Origin: Promethearchaeota archaeon
GTDB taxonomy: Archaea; Asgardarchaeota; Lokiarchaeia; Sigyniarchaeales; SOKP01
DNA: 36,282 nt
Direction of reading: 5' to 3'
NCBI GenBank assembly: GCA_030610785.1
Contig: JAUWRB010000003.1
Location: 1 to 36,282, forward strand
Each line of letters opens with the position of its first letter. The first letter of the stretch is position 1. The notes beneath the pieces were generated by a model. It was given only the letters and a program-made list of their open reading frames with translations, was not told the DNA's origin and did not search any database. Shown in pieces: positions 8,735 through 17,644 of this stretch. The position numbers and the translations under genes were made by a program.

Positions 8735-9817
8735 ATGGATATAAATGTAGGAGTAATTGCTGCAAGTGGATATGCTGGCGGAGAGACTGTTAGAATATTA
8801 AGTTTTCATCCTCGGGTTAATTTAAATTATATTACATCTCGAAAATTAATTGCAAAATATTTTCATTTTGTTTATCCAAATCTTAGAAATATTTCTAACC
8901 TTAAATTTGAAGAATATAGCGTGGAAGAGGCAAAAAAAAAGTGTGATATTGTTTTTTTAGCTGTCCCTCACGGAATATCACAGAAAATGGTTCCTGAGTT
9001 ATTAGAAGTCGGTTTGAAAGTTATAGATCTTAGCGCTGATTTTAGGATAAAAAATGAAAGAATTTATCAGAAATATTATAAAAAGAAGCATGTTATTCCA
9101 GAATTATTAAAAACAGCAGTTTATGGATTACCTGAATTGCATCGCAATGAAATTAAGAGTACAAATTTAGTAGCAGTCGCAGGTTGTCAGGCTTCAAGTG
9201 CAATTTATGGATTATATCCATTGATCAAAGAAGGTTTAATTCAAGTTTCTAATATAATCGTTGATTCTAAGACAGGTTCATCTGGAGCCGGAACTATCTT
9301 TAACGAATCTTCCCACCATCCTATTAGAGCCAATAGTATTCGTCCATATAAAATGACGGAACATCGTCATACAGCAGAAATCGAACAGGAGTTTTCTTTA
9401 ATTTTAAAATCTATTGGTCAAGAAAATAAAGAAGTGAAAGTAGGGTTTTCCGCTCATGCTGTTAATTTAGTAAGAGGGATTTTATCCACATCTCATGTTT
9501 TTTTTGATGAATCAATGGAAATAAATGAAAGAATTTTATTTAAAGCATATAGAACAGCATATAAAAATGAACCATTTATGCGTTTAATTATTCAAAAAAC
9601 AGGGATATTTAGATTACCAGATCCAAAAATAATTATTGGTACAAATTATTGTGATGTGGGGTTTAAATTAGATAATCATATGAACCGAATTGTTGTTTTG
9701 TGTGCTCTTGATAATCTAATAAAAGGAACCGCCGGTAATGCAGTACAATGCATGAATATAATGTGTGATTTTCCTGAAACAACTGGACTTGAATTTCCCG
9801 GTTATTTTCCCTCGTAA
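8735..9817 (+). CDS. argC: N-acetyl-gamma-glutamyl-phosphate reductase (ArgC/LysY family)
   Basis: ASGYAGGE, VIDLSADFR, VYGLPE, catalytic AGC, GSSGAG, HRH and DNLIKGTAG motifs. ATG at 8735 preferred over TTG at 8726. Confidence 0.93.
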   Translation: MDINVGVIAASGYAGGETVRILSFHPRVNLNYITSRKLIAKYFHFVYPNLRNISNLKFEEYSVEEAKKKCDIVFLAVPHGISQKMVPELLEVGLKVIDLSADFRIKNERIYQKYYKKKHVIPELLKTAVYGLPELHRNEIKSTNLVAVAGCQASSAIYGLYPLIKEGLIQVSNIIVDSKTGSSGAGTIFNESSHHPIRANSIRPYKMTEHRHTAEIEQEFSLILKSIGQENKEVKVGFSAHAVNLVRGILSTSHVFFDESMEINERILFKAYRTAYKNEPFMRLIIQKTGIFRLPDPKIIIGTNYCDVGFKLDNHMNRIVVLCALDNLIKGTAGNAVQCMNIMCDFPETTGLEFPGYFPS

Positions 9818-9870
9818 TTCAAATAAACAAGTTATTAAGTTAATAATCTCTGGTAAGAAGAGTTTTAAAT

Positions 9871-10101
9871 CTAAAATGAAGAAAAAAGTATAAGCAAAAT
9901 AGTAATAAAAATAGGAATTAAACAAATTAAACATAGACAGCTGTAGAAAGACCGCGCCCATTTAATGTAATTGTTTGGGTCTAATATTATATGACAATTT
10001 GGGCAATTTTTTTGTTTTATATCAGTGATTTTAATCCCACAATTATAACACTTCAAAGAATTAAAATTGGTTTTTTTTTTAATTGATTTTATTTTTGACA
10101 T
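9871..10101 (-). CDS. Small zinc-ribbon protein with C-terminal transmembrane helix
   Basis: CYNCG...CPNC followed by a hydrophobic C-terminal segment. Confidence 0.65.
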   Translation of the reverse strand: MSKIKSIKKKTNFNSLKCYNCGIKITDIKQKNCPNCHIILDPNNYIKWARSFYSCLCLICLIPIFITILLILFSSF

Positions 10102-10224
10102 GATTTAAAACCCTAAGATAAGATATTAGATAGATTTAAAAAATTACCATGACCTTTATTTCATATAATATTTAAATAAAAAAAGTATTATAAGCATTGT
10201 TAAAAATAAGGTGTAATTTTAAAA

Positions 10225-11031
10225 ATGTCTGGATATATCGGTAAAAAAATCAGATTAGAAAGAATTATTAATAGAGAGACAAAAAAGACGATTATAGTTC
10301 CCATGGATCACGGATTGACTGTAGGACCTATCAAAGGTATAGAAAAAGATTTAGGAGAAATGGTAAATAAAATAGCCTTAGGAGGTGCCAATGCGGTTTT
10401 AGGACATATCGGAATCCCTTTATACGCTCATAGAGGCTATGGACCAGATATTGGCTTAATTTTACATTTGTCAGGCTCAACTTCTATAAGCCCCGAATCA
10501 AATTATAAAGTTTTGGTCAATAATGTTTTAGAGGCGGTTAAATTAGGTGCTGATGGAGTATCACTTCATATAAACATCGGAACAAAATCAGACCCAGAAA
10601 TGTTAGAGACGCTAGGAACTGTTTCAAGAGAATGTAGAGAATTGGGGATGCCGCTTCTTGCCATGATGTATCCAAGAGGGGAAAATATAGAAGATGAGTA
10701 TGATGTCGAAGTTGTAAAAATAGCTGCCAGGGTAGCGGCGGAACTAGGTGCTGATATCGTGAAAACAAACTGGACAGGCGATCCTGATTCTTTTAAAGAA
10801 GTTGTTGATGGGTGTATGGCACCTGTAATTATTGCTGGAGGAGAAAAAGCAGGAATAAAAGAGATTTTAGAAATTACAAAACAATCAATAGAAGTTGGAA
10901 GTGCTGGCGTTGCATTTGGGAGAAATGTCTTCCAAGCACAAGATCCAACAAAACTTGTAAGAGCTTTATATTTAATTGTTAATAAAAAATATGATGTGAA
11001 TGAAGCTATAAAAGAAGTAAAGCTATTATGA
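10225..11031 (+). CDS. DhnA-family class I aldolase (2-amino-3,7-dideoxy-D-threo-hept-6-ulosonate synthase / fructose-bisphosphate aldolase)
   Basis: IVPMDHG, LLAMMYPRG, AAELGADIVKT (Schiff-base Lys), IAGG and GRNVFQ motifs. Confidence 0.9.
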   Translation: MSGYIGKKIRLERIINRETKKTIIVPMDHGLTVGPIKGIEKDLGEMVNKIALGGANAVLGHIGIPLYAHRGYGPDIGLILHLSGSTSISPESNYKVLVNNVLEAVKLGADGVSLHINIGTKSDPEMLETLGTVSRECRELGMPLLAMMYPRGENIEDEYDVEVVKIAARVAAELGADIVKTNWTGDPDSFKEVVDGCMAPVIIAGGEKAGIKEILEITKQSIEVGSAGVAFGRNVFQAQDPTKLVRALYLIVNKKYDVNEAIKEVKLL

Positions 11032-11065
11032 GAATTAAGATTATATACAATAAAATCCTTAAAAA

Positions 11066-11425
11066 ATGAAGCTTTTAGCAGAAAAATGTAAAGATTTTGA
11101 TGATTTTTCTATTTATATAACTCTCTTTAAATTATATAAAAGCTATCTCTTATTGATTTCAGACCAAAAGGAAATGGGCCTTGGAAATGTCTCTTTAGGG
11201 AATCCCCCTATAATTAACGGATTGAAATCGTTGTCAGCGTCTTATAAATTATTTGGTATTAATAAGAAATTATTAAGTACAATTATCGTTGAAAGAGCCT
11301 CATATCTTCTTAAAGCACCTGTATTACTTCTATTATTTATAAAAATGAAAAAAAAAGAAGAAGATATCGTAAAATTTATAGTAACTTTTTTAAACGATAT
11401 TTTAACAAAATTAGAAAATAATTAA
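11066..11425 (+). CDS. Putative PAC4/PSMG4-like proteasome assembly chaperone
   Basis: 119 aa with the pattern strand-strand-LGxxxLxxP...SxxLFG...helix-PVLL, resembling the PAC3/PAC4 fold; recognised by eye only. Confidence 0.5.
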   Translation: MKLLAEKCKDFDDFSIYITLFKLYKSYLLLISDQKEMGLGNVSLGNPPIINGLKSLSASYKLFGINKKLLSTIIVERASYLLKAPVLLLLFIKMKKKEEDIVKFIVTFLNDILTKLENN

Positions 11426-11452
11426 TGATTTTAGGAAATGATTTTAGGAAAT
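11424..11452. repeat. 13-bp tandem duplication (AATGATTTTAGGA x2) just downstream of tRNA-Leu
   Basis: Copies at 11424-11436 and 11437-11449, plus a partial third copy. Confidence 0.8.
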
Positions 11453-11469
11453 CATCAAGATTATAAAAA

Positions 11470-11644
11470 TGCAGAGAGTGGGAATTTCGAATATTCGAAT
11501 ATTCGAATAATTTTTCGAACCCACGAAGAACTAATCACCGGATATCTTATTCATTTAAGGATCTTGAGTCCGGCACCGGTAATCGTGCGTTTCTCACGCA
11601 AGTATATGTTTACTAACACATTGACCAGGCTTGGTTATCTCTGC
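11470..11644 (-). tRNA. tRNA-Leu(CAA) with three introns (21/22: 11579-11620; 37/38: 11544-11562; 59/60: 11484-11513)
   Basis: Spliced 84-nt product: GCAGAGATAACCAAGCCTGGTCAACGGTGCCGGACTCAAGATCCGGTGATTAGTTCTTCGTGGGTTCGAATCCCACTCTCTGCA. Perfect acceptor stem, anticodon stem CCGGA/TCCGG, T stem GTGGG/CCCAC, Leu-type D-loop and variable arm, A73. Junctions fit BHB motifs. Confidence 0.92.
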
Positions 11645-11664
11645 AGGGGATACAATTATAGTTA

Positions 11665-11892
11665 TTAATTTAAAAACATCATTACGATAAACATTACTCC
11701 CATCATTCCAAAAAGGAATATCATTTGTATTCTACTTCTTTTTTTTTGCTTTTTTTCTTTTCCGAGATATTGATCTCGACATGTTTGACTACAAAATTTT
11801 TTTTCTGCGGACATGGCTTTTCCACATATAGGACAATGTAAATGCGGACCCCATTTCTTTTTTATTTGGTCTTTCCATGAAGATTGAGACAT
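11665..11892 (-). CDS. DUF2116-like zinc-ribbon protein with C-terminal transmembrane helix
   Basis: PHLHCPICGKAM...FCSQTC, a basic stretch, then a hydrophobic C-terminus. Confidence 0.8.
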   Translation of the reverse strand: MSQSSWKDQIKKKWGPHLHCPICGKAMSAEKKFCSQTCRDQYLGKEKKQKKRSRIQMIFLFGMMGVMFIVMMFLN

Positions 11893-12019
11893 TTTTTATT
11901 TCGTTATTAATTTTTATAAGCTATTTTTAATAAGACGATTGAATATAAAAAATTAAAATAATTTATATTTCCTCCTATTTTTAATGAAGTATAAAATATA
12001 TTTTAAGTAGTGATTTAGG

Positions 12020-14221
12020 ATGATTTTAGCAGAAAAAAAATATAATTTTAGGAAAATTGAAAAAGGTTATGCTAATCGAACGTTATATATAAATTTATCA
12101 AAAAATGAAATCGTTATTAAGCAAGTCACAAAAGAGATGAAAAATATATTCATAGGGGGTAAGGGTTTTGATCTATGGTTGATGTGGAATAGCTTGCCAA
12201 AGGATAAAATTATAAGGTGGGACGACCCAGAAAACGAGATATGCATTGCAAATGGTCCGCTAGGGGCTAGTACCTATTATCCTGGTGCGGGTAAATCAAT
12301 AGTTACAACGATTTCGCCCTTAACTGGAATTGTTATAGATAGTAATGTAGGTGGTTATTTTGGTTCTTACCTAAAAATGTCCGGCTTCGATGCCATTGAA
12401 ATTCAAGGTAAAGCAGAAAAAGAAGTTATTATATTCATTAATGGAGAAGATCACCTAATCCGTATTGAGGAAATTGAAGATTTGGAAAGGATTTCAGAAT
12501 ATTCGCATCTAAAGACTCAAAAATTGACTAAAAATTTTGCTAAAGATTCAAGCGAAAAAGAAAAGCAAAAAGTATCCGTTGTTAGTACTGGTCCTGCATC
12601 AAAACATTCAAAATGGGGGATGCTTAATTTTTCGTGGTATAATCGAAAAAGAAAGTGGGCATCATATAAACAAGCGGGTCGCGGTGGCATAGGGACTGTA
12701 TTTGCTAACAAAAAAATCGAGGCTCTTATTTGTCGCTCTCCACAATATGAGGCAAAAATGAATAATCCCGCTGATATTGACACCTTACTTAAAATAGGAA
12801 AAAAACACAAAAAAGAGATTATTGAACTCGATCCGACTCATAATCAAATGCGTTATGTTGGAACTGGATATCTACCAGATATAATGAACGCCACAGACTT
12901 GCTTCCTACTGAAAACTTTCGTTTTGGACATCACCCCGAAATAGCGGATAAAGAAATACCATACAAACGGCAAGTTTGGCACGACCTTATCGAAAAACCG
13001 GGCACTGGCGCCGATGGTTGTTGGTTTGGTTGTACGATTAGCTGTTCACATCATGTCAAGGATTATAAAGTTAAAACAGGCCCATTTAAAGGGCAAAAAG
13101 TAATTATAGATGGTCCAGAATACGAAACTATTGCTGGATGTGGCTCAAATTGGGGCGTGTGGGATCCATATTGGGTTCTCGAAGCAAACTTTTATTGTGA
13201 TACTTATGGACTTGATACGATTTCAGTGGGAACGGGGATCGCTTTTGTAATGGAGTGTTACGAAGAAGGAATTGTAAATAAGGAAATAACTGGAGGGTTA
13301 GAACTAAATTTTGGAAATGCAGAAGCTGCTTTAGAATTAATTCATCAAATAGCAAGGGGAGAAGGATTTGGAAAAATAGTGGGTCAAGGCATCAAAGAAA
13401 TGAAAAAATATTTTGCTGAAAATTATGGCGGTGAATCACAATTTCTTCAAGATATTGGTATGGAGCATAAGGGATTGGAATTTTCAGAATATGTTACAAA
13501 AGAATCGTTAACACAACAAGGCGGATATGGTTTTACAAATAAAGGTCCTCAACACGATGAGGCTTGGCTCATATTTGAAGATGTTGTCAGAGGATCTATT
13601 CCATCCTTCGAAGATAAGGCAGCAGCACTCACATGGTTCCCTTATTTCCGTACATGGTTTTCTCTACAAGGTTTGTGTAAGCTCCCCTGGAATGATGTCG
13701 TGTCGGAGAAGAACTACGAGCTTCCAATAAAGGATCCCGAGACGGGAGAGCTCGTTCAAGCAAAAATTCTTTATCATGTTGAATGGTACGCAAAATATTT
13801 TACGGCCATGACAGGAAAACATTCAACTATAGATGATTTGATCAAGGATTCTGAAAGGGTATATAACTTCCAACGTATCTTTAATATCCGACAAGGTAAA
13901 GGGTTACGGGAACACGATTCTAATCTACCTTTTAGAGCCATGGGGCCTGTTACAAAATTAGAATACAAGAGTAGACAAGAAAGATATGACAACCAACTTA
14001 AAGATATATTAGGCGTAGATCCCACCGGAAAATCCACTAAAGAAAAAATAAAAATCTTAAGAAGATATAGAGAAGATCAATACACCACGCTCCAAGATGC
14101 TGTATATAAAAAACGAGGTTGGACTCAAGGCGGCTGTCCTACTATTGAGCTCATAAGGGAACTCGGAATAGATTATGAAGATGTAATCAATATAATTACG
14201 CCTCATCAAGAATTTACTTAG
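12020..14221 (+). CDS. aor: Aldehyde:ferredoxin oxidoreductase (tungsten AOR family)
   Basis: SPLTG..DSNVGGYFG, AGRGGIG, CWFGCTISC Fe-S motif, GPEYET and CDTYGLDTIS motifs. Confidence 0.93.
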   Translation: MILAEKKYNFRKIEKGYANRTLYINLSKNEIVIKQVTKEMKNIFIGGKGFDLWLMWNSLPKDKIIRWDDPENEICIANGPLGASTYYPGAGKSIVTTISPLTGIVIDSNVGGYFGSYLKMSGFDAIEIQGKAEKEVIIFINGEDHLIRIEEIEDLERISEYSHLKTQKLTKNFAKDSSEKEKQKVSVVSTGPASKHSKWGMLNFSWYNRKRKWASYKQAGRGGIGTVFANKKIEALICRSPQYEAKMNNPADIDTLLKIGKKHKKEIIELDPTHNQMRYVGTGYLPDIMNATDLLPTENFRFGHHPEIADKEIPYKRQVWHDLIEKPGTGADGCWFGCTISCSHHVKDYKVKTGPFKGQKVIIDGPEYETIAGCGSNWGVWDPYWVLEANFYCDTYGLDTISVGTGIAFVMECYEEGIVNKEITGGLELNFGNAEAALELIHQIARGEGFGKIVGQGIKEMKKYFAENYGGESQFLQDIGMEHKGLEFSEYVTKESLTQQGGYGFTNKGPQHDEAWLIFEDVVRGSIPSFEDKAAALTWFPYFRTWFSLQGLCKLPWNDVVSEKNYELPIKDPETGELVQAKILYHVEWYAKYFTAMTGKHSTIDDLIKDSERVYNFQRIFNIRQGKGLREHDSNLPFRAMGPVTKLEYKSRQERYDNQLKDILGVDPTGKSTKEKIKILRRYREDQYTTLQDAVYKKRGWTQGGCPTIELIRELGIDYEDVINIITPHQEFT

Positions 14222-14927
14222 TTCGAAATGATAGTACCAATAATATCTCTTTCTCCGTTCCAAATTTTTTTAAATTCGGATAAATTTTTCCAGATGTTAT
14301 GAATGCTTTAATCTTACTTCTTTTTAATATTTGTAAAGAAACAGCGTCGAACATGCGATATTCCCCGGCGGCAGCTTGATTATCTCCTGAAAGATTTAAA
14401 AATAATTCTTGTAATTCTTTATAAGTTAATTTTTTAAATAATTTCGCGTCCTCAAATTTCCTTGGATCTTTATCGTAAATACCGTCAACATCTGTAAGAA
14501 TAATTAAATCTTTCGCATTAATATATTCCGCTACTTCAATAGTTACAGATGTTGTTGATTGTCCGGGTTGCAAGCCCCCCATTACAATAATTTTTTTGAA
14601 AAGTTGGGCGATGGATAATTCTTCAATTGATTTTGGAACTTGAGGATATGCGAAATTGCCTAAACTTGCAATTATTAATTTAGAATTAATCCGAGAGATC
14701 TCAATTCCAAAAGCATCACATAACGCTTCATTTCCACCAATTGCCCTTACATAATCGATGTATTTCCTAGCCAGCACACCTCCTCCACATACAATAACAA
14801 AAGTATCAAAATTAATCTTTTCCTTTATAATATTACAAAATTCAGCTATTTTTTTGTAATTTATCTCTATATTTCTAGTAAATAATAAGGAGCCACCGAT
14901 TTTTATTACTATATTCTTTCCCATCAT
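14214..14927 (-). CDS. pyrH: Uridylate kinase; C-terminus apparently frameshifted near 14285
   Basis: VIKIGGS, VCGGG..AR, MGGLQPGQSTT, TDVDGIYDKDP and AG....FD motifs. The canonical ...GTII end lies in another frame (stop at 14218). Confidence 0.92.
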   Translation of the reverse strand: MMGKNIVIKIGGSLLFTRNIEINYKKIAEFCNIIKEKINFDTFVIVCGGGVLARKYIDYVRAIGGNEALCDAFGIEISRINSKLIIASLGNFAYPQVPKSIEELSIAQLFKKIIVMGGLQPGQSTTSVTIEVAEYINAKDLIILTDVDGIYDKDPRKFEDAKLFKKLTYKELQELFLNLSGDNQAAAGEYRMFDAVSLQILKRSKIKAFITSGKIYPNLKKFGTEKEILLVLSFRTK

Positions 14928-14995
14928 AGATTATATATAATTTTTATTTTTAATTATATTATCGTTGATTAGATAAATTAAGCTTTACAAAATTT

Positions 14996-15958
14996 ATGAG
15001 TATAAACAAAAAAAAAATAACAGTTGAAGTGCCTCATAGAATATCTGGATTTTTTGAAATTGTGGATAAAATTAATGGTATTAAAATAATTAATCCTGAA
15101 AGAATAGGCAGCAGAGGTGCGGGCTTTAATCTTAATGCTATTGGAAGAACAACGATTGAAATTGAAAAACTTAGGAAATCTAAAAATTCTAAATGCATAA
15201 TTTATATTAATAATCATGAATTGACTCAAAAAGCGGAAACTACATATTTTATATTTAAACATATTAAAAAATACATTATTAACCCTATTAAAATAAAGAT
15301 TTTCCATTCTTTTGATTTACCCGTTGGATGTGGTTATGGTGCTAGTGGCTGTGGTGCAATAGGCACGATTATTGGTCTGAATAATCTGTTAAATCTAAAC
15401 TTAAGCAATTTTGAAAAAGGAAAAATTGCTCATGTAGCTGAAGTTGTGAATAAAACTGGTTTAGGCACTGTATGCGGTCAATTAGGTGGAGGTTTATGTA
15501 TTTTAAAAGAACCCGGTTATCCTTGCGTTTCTGAGCGAATAAAGGTTCCAACAGACCTTAAAATAATATGTGGTTCTTTTGGAACGATTCAAACAAAATT
15601 AGTTTTAAGTTCTCCCTCTTTAAGTTTAAAAATAAAAAAAGCCGGTAAGATTGCTTTACAAAAATTAATGCTAGAACCAAATATTAGGACTTTCATTAAC
15701 GCATCAATTGAATTTGTTAAAGAAACGGATATTCTAAATATCCTCAATTTAACAAAAACTAAGGAATTAATGAACGATTTAAATAAAATAAATATTATAG
15801 GTGCAAGTATGAACCAATTAGGTCGCTCTGTTTACGCAATTTGTAAAAATAAAGAAGTAAAAAAAGTAATTGAAGTATTTAAATCATATAAACCAGAAAT
15901 AAAGATATATCAATCTTCAATTAATAATCATAGCTCTCGGGTTTTAAACAATAATTAA
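14996..15958 (+). CDS. pok: Pantoate kinase (GHMP family), archaeal CoA pathway
   Basis: VPHRISGFF, GSRGAG, PVGCGYGASG, AHVAEVVNKTGLG and SMNQLG motifs. Confidence 0.9.
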   Translation: MSINKKKITVEVPHRISGFFEIVDKINGIKIINPERIGSRGAGFNLNAIGRTTIEIEKLRKSKNSKCIIYINNHELTQKAETTYFIFKHIKKYIINPIKIKIFHSFDLPVGCGYGASGCGAIGTIIGLNNLLNLNLSNFEKGKIAHVAEVVNKTGLGTVCGQLGGGLCILKEPGYPCVSERIKVPTDLKIICGSFGTIQTKLVLSSPSLSLKIKKAGKIALQKLMLEPNIRTFINASIEFVKETDILNILNLTKTKELMNDLNKINIIGASMNQLGRSVYAICKNKEVKKVIEVFKSYKPEIKIYQSSINNHSSRVLNNN

Positions 15959-15964
15959 AAATGA

Positions 15965-16789
15965 TTATTTACTAATAATTTCATTCATCGACTTTGATTT
16001 TAGAGTAGCCGCTTCTACTGCTCTTATTAATGTGGATCTTAATTTTGCTTTTTCAATTTCGTGTATAGCAGTAATAGTCGTACCTCCTGGAGTTGCTACC
16101 ATATCTTTTAGCTCCCCTGGGTGTTTTCCAGTTTCTAATACTAATTTAGCTGCGCCCAAAACAGTTTGCGCTGCTAATTTTATAGAAATATCCCGAGGAA
16201 GTCCCATTTTTACACCTCCGTCCGCTAATGCTTCAATTATGATGAATATATAGGCAGGCCCACTTCCAGATAATCCAGTAACCGCATCAATATGTTTTTC
16301 TTCCAATTCCACTATAATACCGACAGCTTTAAAAATATTTTTAGCAAACTCCAAAGCACTTTCGCTAACATTTTCATTGTGAGAGATGGCAGAAGCGCCT
16401 AATCCAATTAAAGCAGGAGTATTTGTCATTATCCTTATTAATCCAACTTTTTTATCAATAAATTTATTAATATGATTAAATGAAATACCTGCCGCAATTG
16501 AAATTATTGTTTGATTTTCTGATATTATTGGACCGATCTCTTCCAATACTTTATCTATCACCTGTGGTATAACAGCTATTAAGATATACTTAGATTTTTT
16601 AGCTAATTCCAAGTTATTGTTAGCACATTCTATATTAAATTCCATGGATCGCTCATTTAGTAGATTATCGTTAATATCGTAAATAAGAATATCTTTTTTC
16701 TCGATTAATTTAGAATTAATTATTCTTTTTAATAACATGGAACCTATTTTCCCGATTCCAATAATCCCCAATTTTCCGATTTCGGTCAT
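15965..16789 (-). CDS. proC: Pyrroline-5-carboxylate reductase
   Basis: GIGKIG, SIAAG, RIMTNTP, TGLSGSGPAY and HPGELKDMVATPGGTT motifs. Confidence 0.96.
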   Translation of the reverse strand: MTEIGKLGIIGIGKIGSMLLKRIINSKLIEKKDILIYDINDNLLNERSMEFNIECANNNLELAKKSKYILIAVIPQVIDKVLEEIGPIISENQTIISIAAGISFNHINKFIDKKVGLIRIMTNTPALIGLGASAISHNENVSESALEFAKNIFKAVGIIVELEEKHIDAVTGLSGSGPAYIFIIIEALADGGVKMGLPRDISIKLAAQTVLGAAKLVLETGKHPGELKDMVATPGGTTITAIHEIEKAKLRSTLIRAVEAATLKSKSMNEIISK

Positions 16790-16944
16790 TTTTTTGTCCC
16801 TAACATTATTTTTATAGTTTTCTTAATTTTTTCCATTATAGATCCTTATTATTTATATTGATCTAATTCATCACTTATTCTAAAATAAATTTTTTATTAT
16901 AAGAATTTCTTGTATAAAATTATAAATTAAAAAAAATTGATTTA

Positions 16945-17547
16945 ATGACAAGTTTAACATATAAATGCATGAAATGTGGTACTTGTTGTTTTGAGATCGA
17001 AGGACAACCGGGCTCAAAGCGAATCCCTTTATATCCCGAAGAAGTTGATGTATTGATAGAAATTGCAAAAGAACGAGGTGTTGAATTTAATGTAATTGAA
17101 GATCTGGTGTTTCCAGATGTTTTAAATCAAAAATTATTAGTTGTAACATATAAAATTCGCTTAAATAATCCTAAAACTTGCTGTCCTTTCTATAGTCTTA
17201 AAAAAGGTTGCACAATTCACCAGATTAAACCTTTTGCGTGTCAAGCATATCCGTTATCATTAATTCAATTGGATGCTTTTAACTTTCAGATAAGTATAGA
17301 CTCGTCATGCCCCTATGTGATAAAATATCACGAAATATTGAATAATTGTGGTTTAGATGAAATAAAAGAGATTTTTAAAGATGAATATCCTAAAGCTGAA
17401 AGATTTTATCGAAAAAACAAGAAAATCATGTTAAAAATACATCGCCTTGAATATAAGAAAAAGATAAAGATCCCACGAAATATCTCTATAAAAGAATTTA
17501 ATAATGCTTTAGAAAAATGGGATCGTGTTGAGCTTCGAGTAAAATAA
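16945..17547 (+). CDS. YkgJ-family cysteine cluster protein (CxxCxxCC)
   Basis: CMKCGTCC...CPF...CTIHQIKPFACQAYP...CP. Confidence 0.88.
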   Translation: MTSLTYKCMKCGTCCFEIEGQPGSKRIPLYPEEVDVLIEIAKERGVEFNVIEDLVFPDVLNQKLLVVTYKIRLNNPKTCCPFYSLKKGCTIHQIKPFACQAYPLSLIQLDAFNFQISIDSSCPYVIKYHEILNNCGLDEIKEIFKDEYPKAERFYRKNKKIMLKIHRLEYKKKIKIPRNISIKEFNNALEKWDRVELRVK

Positions 17548-17644
17548 ATTATAAAAATTAAAGATAAATGATTTAAGCTTAAAAGGTAAAATAAAAATTT
17601 TATAAAAATTTTATAAAAATATAAAATATAATTGAAAAATATAA

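Noticed and set aside
11029-11090. Selenocysteine read-through of the aldolase TGA
   Set aside because: The protein is already full length, the short extension is unremarkable, and no SECIS-like hairpin is evident.
11424-11470. Integration (att) site at the tRNA-Leu 3' end
   Set aside because: I saw no duplicated tRNA 3' fragment and no integrase in the window; the flanking genes are housekeeping.
11438-11668. 76-aa plus-strand ORF from the track
   Set aside because: It is the antisense of the three-intron tRNA-Leu gene and has no protein motif.
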